NCBI RefSeq assembly: GCF_009914755.1
Contig: NC_060928.1
Reading direction: 5' to 3' (one strand)
DNA: 64,000 nucleotides
Origin: the human T2T-CHM13v2.0 reference genome, Homo sapiens
The position numbers and the translations under genes are program-made. Shown piece after piece: positions 27,575 through 44,665 of the stretch. Under the pieces are notes generated by a model. That model saw nothing but the letters and a program-made list of their open reading frames with translations, was not told where the DNA came from and ran no database searches. Positions within the stretch are counted from its first letter, which is position 1. Every line of letters starts with the position of its first letter.

Positions 27575-28820
27575 CTGCAATAAAAGGAAAATGCTACTGA
27601 ACCATGACACATACTTTGTTTTCTTTCAAACTGTATGTCAAGAAATATTCAAAGGCTGGTGGGACACAGTGGCTTGTGCCTGTAATACCAGCACTTTGGA
27701 AACTGAGGTAGGAGGATCACTTGAACCCAGGAGTTCAAGACCAGCATGGGCAAGATAGTGAGACCTCATCTCTGTCCCCCACCCAAAAAAATAAAAGCAT
27801 TATATCAGTGAACTATGTGTATCAAACCATACTAAACTGGAGTTTAGCAGGACAAAAGCAAACTAGATGTAGAACATAACCTATCAGCTGCATCTGTCTA
27901 TCCAGGGCTGTCTTACTAGAGCAGAAGTCATGGAGCTCCTTGGCAGTGTGCCCACTGTGTTTGGGGGTCTAATAAAACCAACTAGATTTTAGACTTCAAA
28001 CTAAATTATGATTCCTTTTGGGTGTCCACACTTCAGTAGTCCAGGGCTATCATATGGCTGAAATCAACTTATTTCGTTCATCTCTGGTATGTGTTTATAA
28101 AGTCATTAAGATGGGAGATTTGCTTCAAATTTTTGCAGTGTGTGTGGCAGTCAGAAAAACCCATATCTAGTTTTCAGCTTCAGTTCTGGCATTTCTATGG
28201 GTTAACCTTATCTCATTGATCCAACATCCGGCCTGATGCTGGAGCTTATGAAGTTGACTCTAAGAAGTTCAGAGAGTGTAGAGTTTCCCATCTTGTATTT
28301 AATTTGTCTCTATGCCATTAGTCCCAGCTTGAAGTCATTACCAATGTCAATGTTGACAGGATTGTGACAATATTGCCTTTCATAAAACCGACCACCAAAG
28401 AATTCCATTATTCTAACAAAGCCCGAGTTTCACAGATCGCGGGCACATCTAGACAGATGTGTGCATGCTTGACGGTGCAGAGCAACTACTCACTTCCAGC
28501 AACCTCGTGCTTCCCCTGGCTGGCCATACAGAGGGATTCGCTGTCATACTGAGAAGGCTCTGCAAGGTAAGTCTCTAATTGAGGCTATCTCAGGTGGGTG
28601 TTTCCGCTGTGTAGTCCCAAGCCTGTATCCATATAATAAAAGTGCAGGTCTGGCATTCCTCCAGGTTATCTGGCCAGTGTAGACTCCTCCATCTGAATAT
28701 GAACCTCCAGGGTAAGAATTTTCCAGACATGTCTATACTAAACAGTATGATCCTGTACTTGCCAAATGTCTGCCTCCTCCTGTTCTGCACTGACCCATTC
28801 TTTTTTTTTTTTCTTTTTGA

Positions 28821-28979
<159 letters not shown>

Positions 28980-29160
28980 TAATACAGGCTGAGTTTCTCC
29001 ATGTTGGCCAGGCTGGTCTCGAACTCCTGACCTCAGGTGATCCACCTGCCTCGGCCTCCCAAAGTACTGGGATTATAGCTGTGAGCCACCGTACCCAGAC
29101 TGCACTGACCCATCCTAATTCCTGTTAAGTGTGAGAAGAATTGTCTTCTGTTCTCTCTCC

Positions 29161-29472
29161 ATTCTCATTCATGATGAGATTACTGATCCATTAACCAGTT
29201 GAGAAATGACTGATGCTGAAGAAATGGTATTCTATTGGCAAGGCTTATTAACAAACTTCTGATAATGAAGCAGGCTACCAAAAACTTATCCAGCCCACCC
29301 CAGGAGTGTTTGGATTTGATCATGGATGTAGCACACACCAAAATCACTAAGACTTTAGACTACTTGTTTTATTTTGTCAGATTATCATGGGACTGTCTTT
29401 AGTTCTGAATTATCTGTAAGTCTGAGTACTTCATAGAATTATAAAGCAGGTACAGCTGACACCTTCTCACCA
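29161..29472 (+). mobile_element. Putative ancient Gypsy-type (MamGyp-like) pol RNase H fossil
   Basis: ILIHDEITDPLTS*EMTDAE / KWYSIGKA and SEYFIE / YKAGTADTFSP, joined by 1-nt frameshifts, resemble Ty3/Gypsy RNase H motifs. Confidence 0.45.
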
Positions 29473-30811
29473 TGTTGTAAATATTTACTGAGACTGGGTA
29501 CAGTACTGAGGGATGATAATCTTCTGATTTATCCAATGCTGACTGTCTACAGCAAATTGTCCACTCTGCAAATGGTCCTGTAACGTGTATGAACGTATTT
29601 CTGGGTGCCTTAGAAGTTGTCTTTTTCATGTGTGCTAATATGCAGTATTTATACATTGTGAGAAGTTGATTTTAATAAAAAGGTTGGAACGTCATCTCCA
29701 AAATAAATAAATACCCAAGCATGGTGGGGCGTGCCTGTAGTCCCAGCTACACAGGAGGCCCAGGCAGGAGGATCACTCTAGCCCAGGAGGTCAAGGCTGT
29801 GTGAGCCATGATCCTGGCACTGCACTCCAGTCTGGGCAACAGGGCAAGACCATATCTCAAAAAAATATATATGGTGGCAGAGGACAGTGGCTCATACTTG
29901 TAATCCCAGCACTTTGGGGACGCCGAGGCGGGTGGATGACCCAAGGTAAGGAGTTTGAGACCAGCCTGGCTAACATGGCGAAACCCCATCTCTAATAAAA
30001 ATACAAAAATTAGCCAGGTGCAGTGGTGCGCACCAGTAGGCCCCAGCTACTAGGGAGGCTGAGGCAGGAGAACTGCTTGAACCCCAGAGACGGAGGTTGC
30101 AGTGAGCCGAAATTGCACCACTGCTCCTCCAGCCTCAGCAAGAGACTCCGTCTCAGAAAATAAATAAAATACAGAATAGCTAGCATATCCATTTACCTTT
30201 CGGGCGCATGTAATTAATAATTCAGAATGTTATGTACACTATGATTACAATGTGTATGGAGGAGTATATGTCAGAGTCCTTGCTGTGTCAGGACTCCGTC
30301 TACTGGCAAAGTACCCCCTGTGCTTGAGTTAAACCACATCCAGGAGCTCAGTTCCATCTCAAGTTCAAGATAGTCTTCAGTCAATATTGGGAAATTTATG
30401 GCCAGGCAGTGGCTCACTCCTGTAATCCTAGCACCTCGGGAGGCTGAGGCTGGCAGACTGCCTGGGCTCAGGAGTTCCAGACCAGCCAGGGCAACATGGT
30501 GAAACCCAGCGTCTACCAAAATACAAAAACTTGGCTAGGCGTGGCAGCGCGTGTCTGTAATCCCAGCTACTAGGGAGGCTGAGGCAGGAGAATCCCTTGG
30601 ACCCAGGAGGTGGAAGTTGCAGTGATCCACCAGGCGGAGTTGCAGTGAGCCGAGATCGTGCACTGCACTCCAGCCTGGGGGAGAGAGACCCCGTCTCAAA
30701 AAATAAATGAATAAATAAATAATAGTCCGGGCGTGGTGGCTCACACCTGTAATCCCAGCACTTTGGGAGGCCGAGGTAGGTAGATCACCTGAGGTCAAGA
30801 GTTCAAGACCA

Positions 30812-31128
<317 letters not shown>

Positions 31129-31797
31129 AAGAGTTCAAGACCAGCCTGGCTAACATGGTGAAACGCTGTCTCTACTAAAAATACAAAAATCAGCTGGGTG
31201 TGGTGGTGGGTGCCTATAATCCCAGCTACTCGGGAGGCTAAGGCAGGAGAATCACTTGAACCTGGGAGGTGGAGGTTGCACTCCAGCCTGGGCAACAGAA
31301 CGAGATTCCATCTAAAAAAAATAATAATTAAAATTTAAAAAATAATAATCAGGAAATCCAAAAGCTTAAGGCTTCGAGCCCCAAATTCTGGCAGTTCAAA
31401 TTGATGTATCTTATTTATACATCAGACATAAACTCACATTTTTATTTTTCTACCCCATTTTTCTGTTGATCACTACTGACATTAAAACTAGATACTGGGC
31501 CGGGTGCACAGGCTCATGCCTGTGACCCCAGCACTTTAGAAGGCTGAGGCGGGCGGATCACAAGATCAGGAGTTTGAGACCAGCCTGGCCAACATGATGA
31601 AACCCTGCCTCTACTAAAAATACAAAAATTAGGATAGGCATAGTGGCTCACACCTGTAATCCCAGCACTTTGGGAGGCTAAAGCAGGCTGATCACTAAGT
31701 CAGGAGTTCGAGACTAGCCTGACAAACATGGTGAAATCTAGTCTCTACTAAAAATACAAAAATTAGCCAGGCGTGGTGGTGCGCACCTGTAATCTCA

Positions 31798-32037
<240 letters not shown>

Positions 32038-32885
32038 TCACACCACTGAACTCCAGCCTGGTTGACAGTTATGCCCCGTCACAAAAAAATACACTAGATA
32101 CTAACTTTAATTACAACAAATAAGCAACCTATTTTAGCTGTAAACCAAATGCTGTGCTTTGAAAATGCAATTGCAGTAACAAATGAATAATCCTCTTATG
32201 TAATTATCATTTCTTCCCTTACAGTCACACAACTCAGATAAACTTAAATTGGATTTCTAAAAGTAAATTTCCAGATTCTAAAAATGGTAGAAAGTTATGA
32301 AATCAAATTAGGTAATTAACTGAAAATTAAATTGACTCAATAGAGGTTTGTCCAGGATTGGATACAAGCATCCTCACTAGTGTATCAAGAGGTTCAAGTC
32401 TGGGTCTGCCAACATAACAAATTCCTGAACTACAAGAATAATTTAAAGCCTGTGTATGTGAATGACCATATACTACATGCCATATTTTGGTATCTTTAAG
32501 TCCATTTCTTAGATTAAGTAGGTTATATTCATAATCTACCCTATCTTGGGACAACAAAGCCTAATTTTACACACTAAGCTAACAACCTTCCAAAGAGTAC
32601 TTCTAGATCTTATCCATCAACGAGCTGGCTCTATTTGTCAGGTGCCTCCAGGCATTATCCACAATGTGCAAATACCAAGTGCAAAGGCCCTAGGACAGAA
32701 GCATTCCTATAGTTTGAGGAATGAGGACACCAAAAACTTCCATAACTTCTAAAGCACTGTAAGGATTTAATATTTTTATCTTCAGCTAAATGAGACCACT
32801 GGAGAGTTCAGAGCTTGATCTCAATAAGGTTTGTTTACCTTCCCTTCATATCTGGACCTAGGGCCTCTTCTGTACCCACCCGTAG

Positions 32886-34011
<1,126 letters not shown>

Positions 34012-34260
34012 CCCTAGACCCAAGTCTCTAAATATCATCTCTATGTCCTGGTAACTCACTGTGCCTGAAGATGCCTCCCATGTAGACTCCTACACTCCGT
34101 TACCTTTCTTGACATCTCCTTTGCTTCTCTAAGCAGCTTCTCAAGCCTCACAACTTCCCATGCCTAGCTGCTCCAGCCCATCTTCTCTATCTTAGCAAAT
34201 GGCCCCAATCAACAGCGTTCAGACCTAAAGGCTTGAGTCATTCTTGATGCCTCTTTCCTG

Positions 34261-35001
<741 letters not shown>

Positions 35002-35703
35002 CGCCTCCCATCCCCAACCCATCAGCAAGTCTCACAGGTCCTGCCTTCAGAAGCCTATCCCGAACCACGCATTTCCCTCCACCTTCACTGCTCCATCTCG
35101 GCCAAGTCACCACGCCTTTCAGGGAACTCAGGAGCAACAAGCCCCCAGTGCGGGACGAGCCACCCCAAAGCCCCTCGAGAAGTTTTCTCTAACCACAGCC
35201 CCGAAAAGCCCCGCCACTACGACCACTGGCACCCCTGCTTATTTCCTCCAGACCCTCCTCGGCCGTCCCACCCCATCAAGCCCTCCTTTCGCTCGCATCT
35301 CCACCCTCCCTGCACACTGCCTAACCTAGAAAATGGCCAAGCAGGTAAGCCCTGTCAACTCACTTCTCCTCGGGACTCGGGTGTCCCTGACTTCCACGTG
35401 TTCACGAGAAGCTCGTCAGAGACCCTGACCTCTCCCGGGAGCACAACACAGACTCGAACTGGCTAACTCGGGCTGACGCCGGTTCAGCTGACTCCCATCC
35501 TGGCAAGAGGCTTCCGGAGTGTTCCAGCGCCTCCCAGGCCTGCTGCGGCCGCCCCAGTCCACGGGCCGCGCGGAGACCAAGATAAAAGGACGCAGGGTGC
35601 CGACCTGACCGATCCCGGCACCGCGAGAGCGCGACGAGGTCCCTGGAGCCCGCGGCCTCGTCAAGGGCCCCACCGCGCCCCGACCCCCGGGTCCCGCGCC
35701 CAC

Positions 35704-35820
35704 CTCTCGGGTCTGCGCTCGGCGCCGCGGTGCTCTGCCTCCTCGGCGTCTTCGGGCCTCCAGCGCCTGCCGTCGGCTCTGCGCTTCCGTCCCAGGCTCC
35801 ATCGCGCGGGGGACGGCGGG
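35704..35820 (-). CDS. SLBP: SLBP exon 2 (PPSPARWSLGRKRRADG...RRPE)
   Basis: CGCAG|CC ... GAG|GTGGGC; 117 nt. Confidence 0.95.
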
Positions 35821-35959
35821 CTGCGGGGAGGGACGCGGTCGGCTGGGCACGGGAGGTTCGGGACCGCCTTACAACCTCCGCCCTCCCACACCCCGGCCCC
35901 GCACAACCCCCGCCCCACGGGGCACGCGCTCCCTCGCCCGCCGCGCAGCCCGGCCTCAC

Positions 35960-36018
35960 CTGGCGTCACCGTCGCAGCGGCTCTGATGCCTCGGCGGGCT
36001 TCGCGGGCGGCAGGCCAT
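35960..36018 (-). CDS. SLBP: SLBP exon 1 coding part (MACRPRSPPRHQSRCDGDA), histone stem-loop binding protein
   Basis: gccATGG Kozak at 36018; donor CAG|GTGAGG; 5' UTR extends to about 36145. Confidence 0.96.
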
Positions 36019-37423
36019 GGCAGCACGGGCCGGGCGCGCAGCGCAGGGCCGAGGCTGAGGCGGCGGCGGCGCGGGCAGAGAGCGCAGAGTAGAGCAGGGC
36101 AGGGCCTGAGGCAGAAACCCGCGTCCCCGCGCCGGCGCTCACGAGCTCTGCGCGCCCCGCCCCCAACCGCCTTTATGTGGGCGCCGGGCCCCGCCCCTCG
36201 GCCTCCCGCGCGCGCCGGGTCGGGCGAGACCATCGGGCCACGCCGCAGGGGTCCACTCAGCTGCGCGCGCCTCGCGAGCCGACTGGGGCTAGGGCGAGGC
36301 CTCGGGACCGCGGGCAGCCGCGAAGCCCGACTGCCCGGCCCTCGGCTCGGGAGCCAGATGGACGCCGTGGGCTGAGGAGAGGCCTGAGGAAAAGGTTGCC
36401 CCCACCCGCGGGATTGAGGCGGCCGGGCCGCCGCGGGCCTCTGCGACGCTGATAGGTCGCGCCTTGGCGGGCGGGGGCAGCTTTGGCGGGAGATTCGGCC
36501 GCGCGCGACGCGGCGCAGGTCGTGGGGGAAGGGTAAGCGGCACGTTTCTCGGCCTGGGTCGTGGCGCATCTCCCATTGGTTCCGGCCTGGGTGGAGCGCG
36601 GCTCTGCTTGGTTCCTGCCCAGGTGGGGGCGTGTCTCCTCCCTGGCGGGAACCCGGAACCCGGAACCCGGAAGGCGCGGCCTGTGGCGGGTACTGACTGC
36701 TTCCCACGGTCCCGTGGCCGCTGCAGGCCCCGTACGCGCCGTCTATTGTTTTGAGCCGCTTAAAGTTTTGGAGTAACCTTTTAGGTAGCAACAGTTGACA
36801 ACTACACTGAGTCTTTCCGGTCCCACTGCCCTGGCCGTTGACCGCACACCGGCCACCGACTGAGCCGCTAGTTTCGGTTGCCGCTGCCTCCCTGCCCGTC
36901 CATGACGTCCTCCACTGTGTCGCCGGTGCATGACGCTCCCACCCTCTGCCTGGAGTTGACTGGGTTTGTATCCTGAAGAATCCCTGGCTCAGCAGGTAGG
37001 TTCCACCTGGAGGCGAGGTCCTGTAGTTCCGCACCATCCCGTCCCGCTTCCCCGCCGTCACAGTTGCAGCTGACGGCCCCGCGGATCCAGCCAACTAGAA
37101 CCCCAACGGGTGCACTACACCTGAGAACAGGTTCCCACAGCTTCCTGTTGGGGACAACGTGAGGGATGCAGGGGAGAGTGGAACCAGCCAAAAGAGTGGG
37201 CAGTGGGGTCAGGTCCAGGAGGCTGAGCCCCAGGGATGCTTGGGATCCCTCTAAGGCCTTACACCTCTGGGAGGGCCGGACTTTTGCACCTGCTGCCCTC
37301 AGGACTGTGCCTTGGTGCGTCCACCGCCCCCTTTTGAACTCAAAAAAGTCATTCTCAGACTAGGACGGACACATCCTGTCCCCTTCCTCCCCAGGCCCTG
37401 GGCATCCCATAACCCTCAACACT

Positions 37424-38945
<1,522 letters not shown>

Positions 38946-39794
38946 AGTACAGAGCCAAAGAGTCCCAAGTACCTGTGAGTCACAGGGCCTGGCACAGTCA
39001 GGGCCCATAACAGCCCCTCAGTAGATGCTCACTGGATCTCTGTTGTTGGTTAAAGCAGCGCCTGGCTGTGTATGCAAAAGAATGCCAGTGAAAGTACCAG
39101 GCTGGAAAGAATCTGAAGACACTCGTAGCGCAGGAAACTAGAGCCCACTGTCATATCTTTCAATAGGATTACGTGTACTGTTTCCCCAAGAACCATCCTG
39201 TGGGTCAAGAAGCAGAATGGGGAAAAGGCAGCAAGCACTCACTGTCCGGTTGCTGGGGTGCTCACCTGAGAGCCCAGTGCTGTGGGGAACCCCAGGCTGC
39301 TGTCTTGGCTGCCCTAGGTGCTCGGCTGGCAATTCCTGGGCCACCCTGACCCACAGTGAGGTCAGTAGAGACAGCCTGGTGTCCTCACAGGACGCAGCTG
39401 CAAACATAAGTGAACCGGAAAGGCTGCTCACTCCTTGGCTACCCATGTGTCCCCACATCAGTTCCTGCATCTGGAAGCAGCCGCAGTGGCGACCACACAG
39501 TGACTTCCCCCAGGACGTGTCTCTGCCCCTCCCACCCTGCTCCTGCAGAGGGCCCTGGGTCAGGGGTTCTCAAGACCCCAGAGTCCCTAACCAGAAATCA
39601 GAGGGGAAGGTTCCTACTGTACCCGCCTCCCAACCAATGGGTTTTTCCTCCTTATTCTGAACAAAGCACGCCACGCACGCAATTCCACCTCTAAGGTGGC
39701 TTCTCCAATACCCACAGGCCATTCTCCAACTATGACAAAAGTTTGGTTTTAATATCGGGCAACACAAAACACAGTACATCACTTCAGACTAAAT

Positions 39795-39800
39795 TTTATT
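39795..39800 (-). terminator. TMEM129 poly(A) signal AATAAA
   Basis: tttatt in an AT-rich patch about 1.2 kb past the stop; ATTAAA also at 39748-39753. Confidence 0.7.
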
Positions 39801-41006
39801 AAATATGGTGTCATTTGGCTACAATCGGTTTGTCTTTATAAAACTAAGTAACTTATTTTGTAGTAAAAACAACCCCAACCCACTGCCCCTCTTTGGCAGC
39901 CCTTGAAACTCAGTTCAAAGCTAGGCCTGGCTCCCGGCCATGGCCCCTGCTGCCTTCACCTGCTGAGCGCTCTAGGAAGCCTCCCAAATCCCAAGTGTCA
40001 GGCCCCCGGAGTCCATCACCTCTGCCTCAAACAGCCAAGCCCAGGGGCTTTGGGGCCGCAGGTATGAAGGCCCCTCCAGTAGCCACACCTGTGTCAGGGC
40101 TGTGCCCTGGGGCCTGGCCAACATCCCCCCTCCCCTTGAACCATCAGGAACTGGGCAAGACGCCCACCAGAGGCTTGACCACAGGGGGCGTGCATCCCCT
40201 TCTGAGCCTGGGAGACCCTAGGGGAGTGGGTAGCCTGGGCTGGACCCCTGGTGGGCTTGTGTTCTGGATGTCGCTATGGCACTTTGGTCCTCAACTCAAA
40301 CCCCCACCCCTACCCAGGAGTCTGAGACCTCGGCCTTCCCTGGACTTGTTGGGCAGAAAAAGGCACCAAGGACAGGATGAGAAACCCGGAGGGGCAGCCC
40401 CACAAATGAGGGCGCTCTGACCTGTCCTCCCATTGCCACCCCACCCAGGAACAGCCCCTCAACTGGTCACAGCCACCAGGAAGCCCCAGGACTGCTCCCA
40501 CACCACAGCAGTGCCCTCTTCTCCATCCCACCCTCAGGACCTACCCAGGGTCCTCCAGGCAGCCAGGGGCCAGCTCCAGGACAGGGCAGGAGAATGCGGT
40601 CCAGGTCTGGCACGTAACTGAGGGTGGGTATGCTCCAGAGAAGTAAGGCAAATGGCCCAGATGACGACCACCTGGGGTAGACCCAGGGTCTCCAGGGAAT
40701 GGCTCGGGGGCAGACGCTGTGTCTGTGTGTGCAGGATCTGCCCCCACCAGCAGGAAAGGGGCAGGAGGGAGGCAAAGAGGAGGTGCCCAGGACTTGTACC
40801 CTGGCTGCCAAGCAGGGTGGGGTGTTTTCATGAGGATTGCTTTTAACCAAAAGTCCTCAGCCTTCTGCAGACCCAGGGCAGAGGCGAGTTGCTCTACATC
40901 ATGTGCTTTAAGTAGAGCCCTTTGCCAGCCAGGAGGCCCAGCCACCCCCTTCCCTGCCCTGTGGCTTTGGGGGGAGACACAGTGTCACCTCAAGGCCCCA
41001 GCCCAC

Positions 41007-41255
41007 TCAGCGCACGGTGCACACATCCAGGATGCAGAAGCGTGCGCGGCAGGTGGGGCAGGGCACGCGGCTGGCCAGCCAGGTGTCAGGGCGCAGGGGG
41101 TCCTGGCGGCTGGCGAACCACTTGCCCATGCAGGTGAGGCACCACATGGGGCGGCAGTAACACTGCTGGCACTCGCCTGTGGCTGCCTCCTGGCAGGTCT
41201 TCACCAGCTTCACGCTGGCACGTGTCTGCATGCAGCCTATGCAGGCCTCCAGCTC
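41007..41255 (-). CDS. TMEM129: TMEM129 exon 4, C4C4 RING domain (CIGC...CLTC...CPTC)
   Basis: CGCAG|GAG; TGA at 41007-41009; completes the 1089-nt CDS (362 aa), an ER E3 ubiquitin ligase. Confidence 0.96.
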   Translation of the reverse strand, partial: ELEACIGCMQTRASVKLVKTCQEAATGECQQCYCRPMWCLTCMGKWFASRQDPLRPDTWLASRVPCPTCRARFCILDVCTVR

Positions 41256-41342
41256 CTGCGGGCAGGTGGAGCGTCACCAGGAGCCCAGGCAGACACCCGT
41301 GGGCACCCACCCATCCACCCGGCCCTGGCCCAGGCCCCCCAC

Positions 41343-41502
41343 CTGGCTGCTGGGCACTGAGTAGGCCGGGTTGACCTCTACCAGGGAGGCAAATGTCTCC
41401 AGGAACAGGTCGCCCAGGCTCTGGTGGATGACCACATGGGCTGCCCTGCGGATGGGTGCCCGGAGCTTCTCGCAGAGCTCCCCGTACTCAGTGGAGTTCA
41501 GC
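41343..41502 (-). CDS. TMEM129: TMEM129 exon 3 (LNSTEYGELCEKL...VPSSQ)
   Basis: TGCAG|GC ... CAG|GTGGGG; 160 nt. Confidence 0.95.
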
Positions 41503-41978
41503 CTGCAGGGAGGAGAGCTGCTGGGCCCCTCTGCAGGGCAAAGGGAGCGGAAGATGGAGGCTACACCCCAAGGAGTGACAGGGCAGCTGTCGCACCAGGA
41601 CCAACCAGGAGAGATGGCCCTAAGGCCAGAGCCCACGGACCCAGTGCCAGACAGCCCAGCCTGGGCACGGGGCGGACCTAGGAGCAAGGCAGCTGTCCAG
41701 CCTGAGGGCTGCACTGTCCGGAGTGCTCCCCAAGAATCTGGGGGAGGTGGCTCCAGGGAGTGGAAGGGGAGGCCAAGAGTGCAGGGGGACCCGAGGGAGG
41801 GCTATGCGGGAGGGCTCAGTGACTGGTGTCTTGTGGACACCTTGCCTGGTGTCACACAAGCCCAGGAGTGTTGGAGTCCACACCAGCTACACCCAGCACC
41901 TCCCAGGGGTCGTGGCACCAGAGCCTGGCTCTGGCCTGCCATGTGCCCTCCGCAGCCCCACAGGCACCACACTCTTAC

Positions 41979-42453
41979 CAGATGTCAAAGGCCTGCACAG
42001 CAGGGTTGGTGCTGGCCACACGGATGGTGAGGAGCTGCACGGGCAAGTTCGAGTCTGGCGAGAGCTCATGCTGCCGAGACTCCGTCACAGTCAGGTGCAC
42101 GTCCTGCTGCTGGGCCACGTGCACTCGGTAGGTGGTTACCTTCATCACCCACGTGTCTGTCACAATCACACGGGCACCTGGTGCACCGGTGGCAAACTTG
42201 TCAATCCGCCGGAACTCAGTGTTGACAGAGGAGGCAACAGCCTGCCAGCCAGACTGTGGGAGGGCGTAGAGGGCCAGGGTGCGCGCCAGTGGGTGGCAGG
42301 CCCACCGGTCACGGGACCAGTAGTAGATCAGGATGCAGGCGATGGAGGGGAGGGTCACGGCCAGCAGCAGGAAGAGCCGCCAGGCCTCAGGGGCCTGGCT
42401 GAGGGCGTGGAGCCGCTTTTCTGAAGCCGCAAGGCACATGCCCACATAGTAGC
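41979..42453 (-). CDS. TMEM129: TMEM129 exon 2 (YYVGMCLAAS...VQAFDIW)
   Basis: TGCAG|GC ... CTG|GTAAGA; 475 nt; hydrophobic transmembrane segment. Confidence 0.96.
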
Positions 42454-43099
42454 CTGCAAAGGACAGGGTGAGCCTCAGGGGAAAGTGAGTGGCAGGCCGC
42501 TGTCCACCCCCCGACAGCCCTGGACCTGGCCCTCTGCCCGGGTTCCAGGGTCAGCTCCCAGGGTAATTGGGCTTTACCCACTCTGCACTTCCCCAGCCGG
42601 CCACTCTCTCCCTGCCTGTGGCAAAGGCAGGATATATTAGCGGAAAAGGCTTTTAATTTGCTGCTTTAGTTTCACACAATACGTAAGTGTTGAAAAAACT
42701 ACAAAAGCCTAGAAAGGGAAAAATAAACACAATCAGGTGTCACCTCAGGCAGAGCTGACCCCTGGCCTGCCAGGGCAGCTGCCTGGACAGGATCTCAGTC
42801 TCTCAATCTCACCCGCTCTGAGGAGGCTGATCAAATGTGGTGCATCCCAGAGCTGAGAAGTTATGTGCGAGAAAGGAAGCAAGTCTCAAAGAAGGGATGG
42901 GACATGTCCAGAGGACACGGAGCCGGCTTCAGGGCCCTGCTGGCCAGATCGAGGACAATTTGAAGGTCCAAATAAGCCATGGAGATGGTGAGGAGTTGCA
43001 CCAGCAGGTTCCAGTTGGCAAAAAGTAATAGTCCACATTTGGAGTTGGCCCAGTCACTGCATTTCAAGGTAACATGACATATAACAATAGGTAACTAGG

Positions 43100-43370
43100 G
43101 GCCGGGTGCAGTGGCTCACACCTGTAATCCCAGCACTTTGGGAAGCCGAGGCGGACGGATCACGAGGTCAGATCGAGACCATCCTGGCTAACACGGTGAA
43201 ACCCCATCTCCACTAAAAAATACAAAAAATTAGCCGGGCGTGGTGGCGGGCGCCTGTAGTCCCAGCTACTCAGGAGGCCGAAGTTGCAGTGAGCCGAGAT
43301 CATGCCACTGCACTCCAGCCTGGGTGACAGAGCGAGGCTCCGTCTCAAAAAGTAAAAATAAAAATAAAAC
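43100..43370 (+). mobile_element. AluY-like element in TMEM129 intron 1
   Basis: Alu consensus. Confidence 0.85.
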
Positions 43371-44460
43371 AGGTAACTAATACCTAATAAAGCTTGAAAA
43401 CTTTCAAACTAAGTTAAAAATAAAAAGAGCTTGACATCCGACTGTGAGACCAGCTGTGCTGTCTGCTCCAGGTGTGGCTGCCACAATTCACTTGTGGTCC
43501 CTCATAGGCCTCTGGGGAGGGTGCAGCTGGAAGGGCTACAGAAACCCACCCAGTAGCCCTAGAAAGTGGCCTGGTCAGGGCCCCAGCCCCACTCAGCCCC
43601 ATCCATCTCTCAAGTGGGCCCCCAGCCCACCCTCTCCATGAGGCAGGCCTGGGCGCCTCCACCCGACACCTGCCTCCAGTTCTTCTGGGCCCAGGCAGCT
43701 GCATCCTCAAACCAGGATGTGGAGGGTCACCCCTCTTGTATCCCCAGAGTGGCAAACCTGGCCAGCCACTGGCCATCTGTCCTCCCAGGGCTGCGTCTGC
43801 CCCCGTGTCCTCCAGAGGTACCCCCTTGAAATCCCCCTCCAGCCACTGCACACCCCACCTCCCACCTGTCCGTCATCCAATCAGCTGAGAGAGGGACCTT
43901 CCAGAGCCCCAGCTAGCACCTGGGGCCCAGCCCAGCACCCCCCTGGACAACTCTGAGCGTCCCACCTGCACTGCACAGAGGCCCTCCCCAGCCTCTGCCC
44001 CTGTGGCGCCCCCAAACTGGAACTGCCTCCAAATCCGCCTGTTCTCTCCACACCCACCTTCCAAGGCCTAGTGCAGTGCCACCCTCCACACAGCCCCTCC
44101 GACCCCTTCCGTTGGACTCAATCAACAGTTGCCTTCTCCTGGCCACTGCCCCCAACCACGACAAGCAAGGGCTGCTTGGCCTTGCAACCCCCAGGCACGT
44201 GACGGTTCAGGACTTGGTGGGCCGGAGCATCCCTTGCCCAAGGTTCTGAACTTGGGTTCCCGTCACCTGCAAGTCAGTGCCGGCGGCGCCCCTAAGCGCG
44301 CTCAGCCCACGCCGCGGTCCCTCTGGATGAGGACCGGCGCCTCTCCCCAGCTGCGCCCAGGCGCTTTCGGGGCCTCGGGGAGCTGGCGGAGGCCTCCTCC
44401 TGACCTCCCAGCAAGCCCTGCGCAGGAGAGGATGCGGCCGGCCGGCCCGAGCAGCCTCAC

Positions 44461-44665
44461 CGAGCGGCAGCAGCGAGTGGCACAACAGCGTGGCGGCCGT
44501 GCGGCGCAAGTGGAAGGGCACGAAGGCGGCGTCCTCGCTGCCCAGCCAGCCCGACAGCAGGTTCTGCACCGTGAGCCCCGCCGCGTGGAACTCGTTGGGC
44601 GTGAACACGAAGCACACGGCGAACACCAGATAGGCGAGAGTGAAGGTCACCTCGGGGCTGTCCAT
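44461..44665 (-). CDS. TMEM129: TMEM129 exon 1 coding part (MDSPEVTFTLAYLVFAVCFVF...)
   Basis: gcgATGG start; donor CTCG|GTGAGG; 205 nt. Confidence 0.96.

Larger units (their letters stand above)
35400..37150. promoter_or_regulatory. SLBP CpG island promoter
   Basis: CATAAAG TATA-like element (minus, 36171-36177), E2F-type TTTGGCGGGA at 36482-36491, CCAAT at 36575-36579, tandem CCGGAA ETS-like cores at about 36653-36673. Confidence 0.85.

Noticed and set aside
35661-37094. 477-aa minus-strand ORF overlapping SLBP exon 2
   Set aside because: Runs through promoter and intron 1 in GC-rich sequence, non-ATG start, out of frame with exon 1; only the exon-2 part is real SLBP
40719-42424. Long plus-strand ORFs (213-233 aa) opposite TMEM129
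   Set aside because: Antisense shadows of GC-rich coding exons
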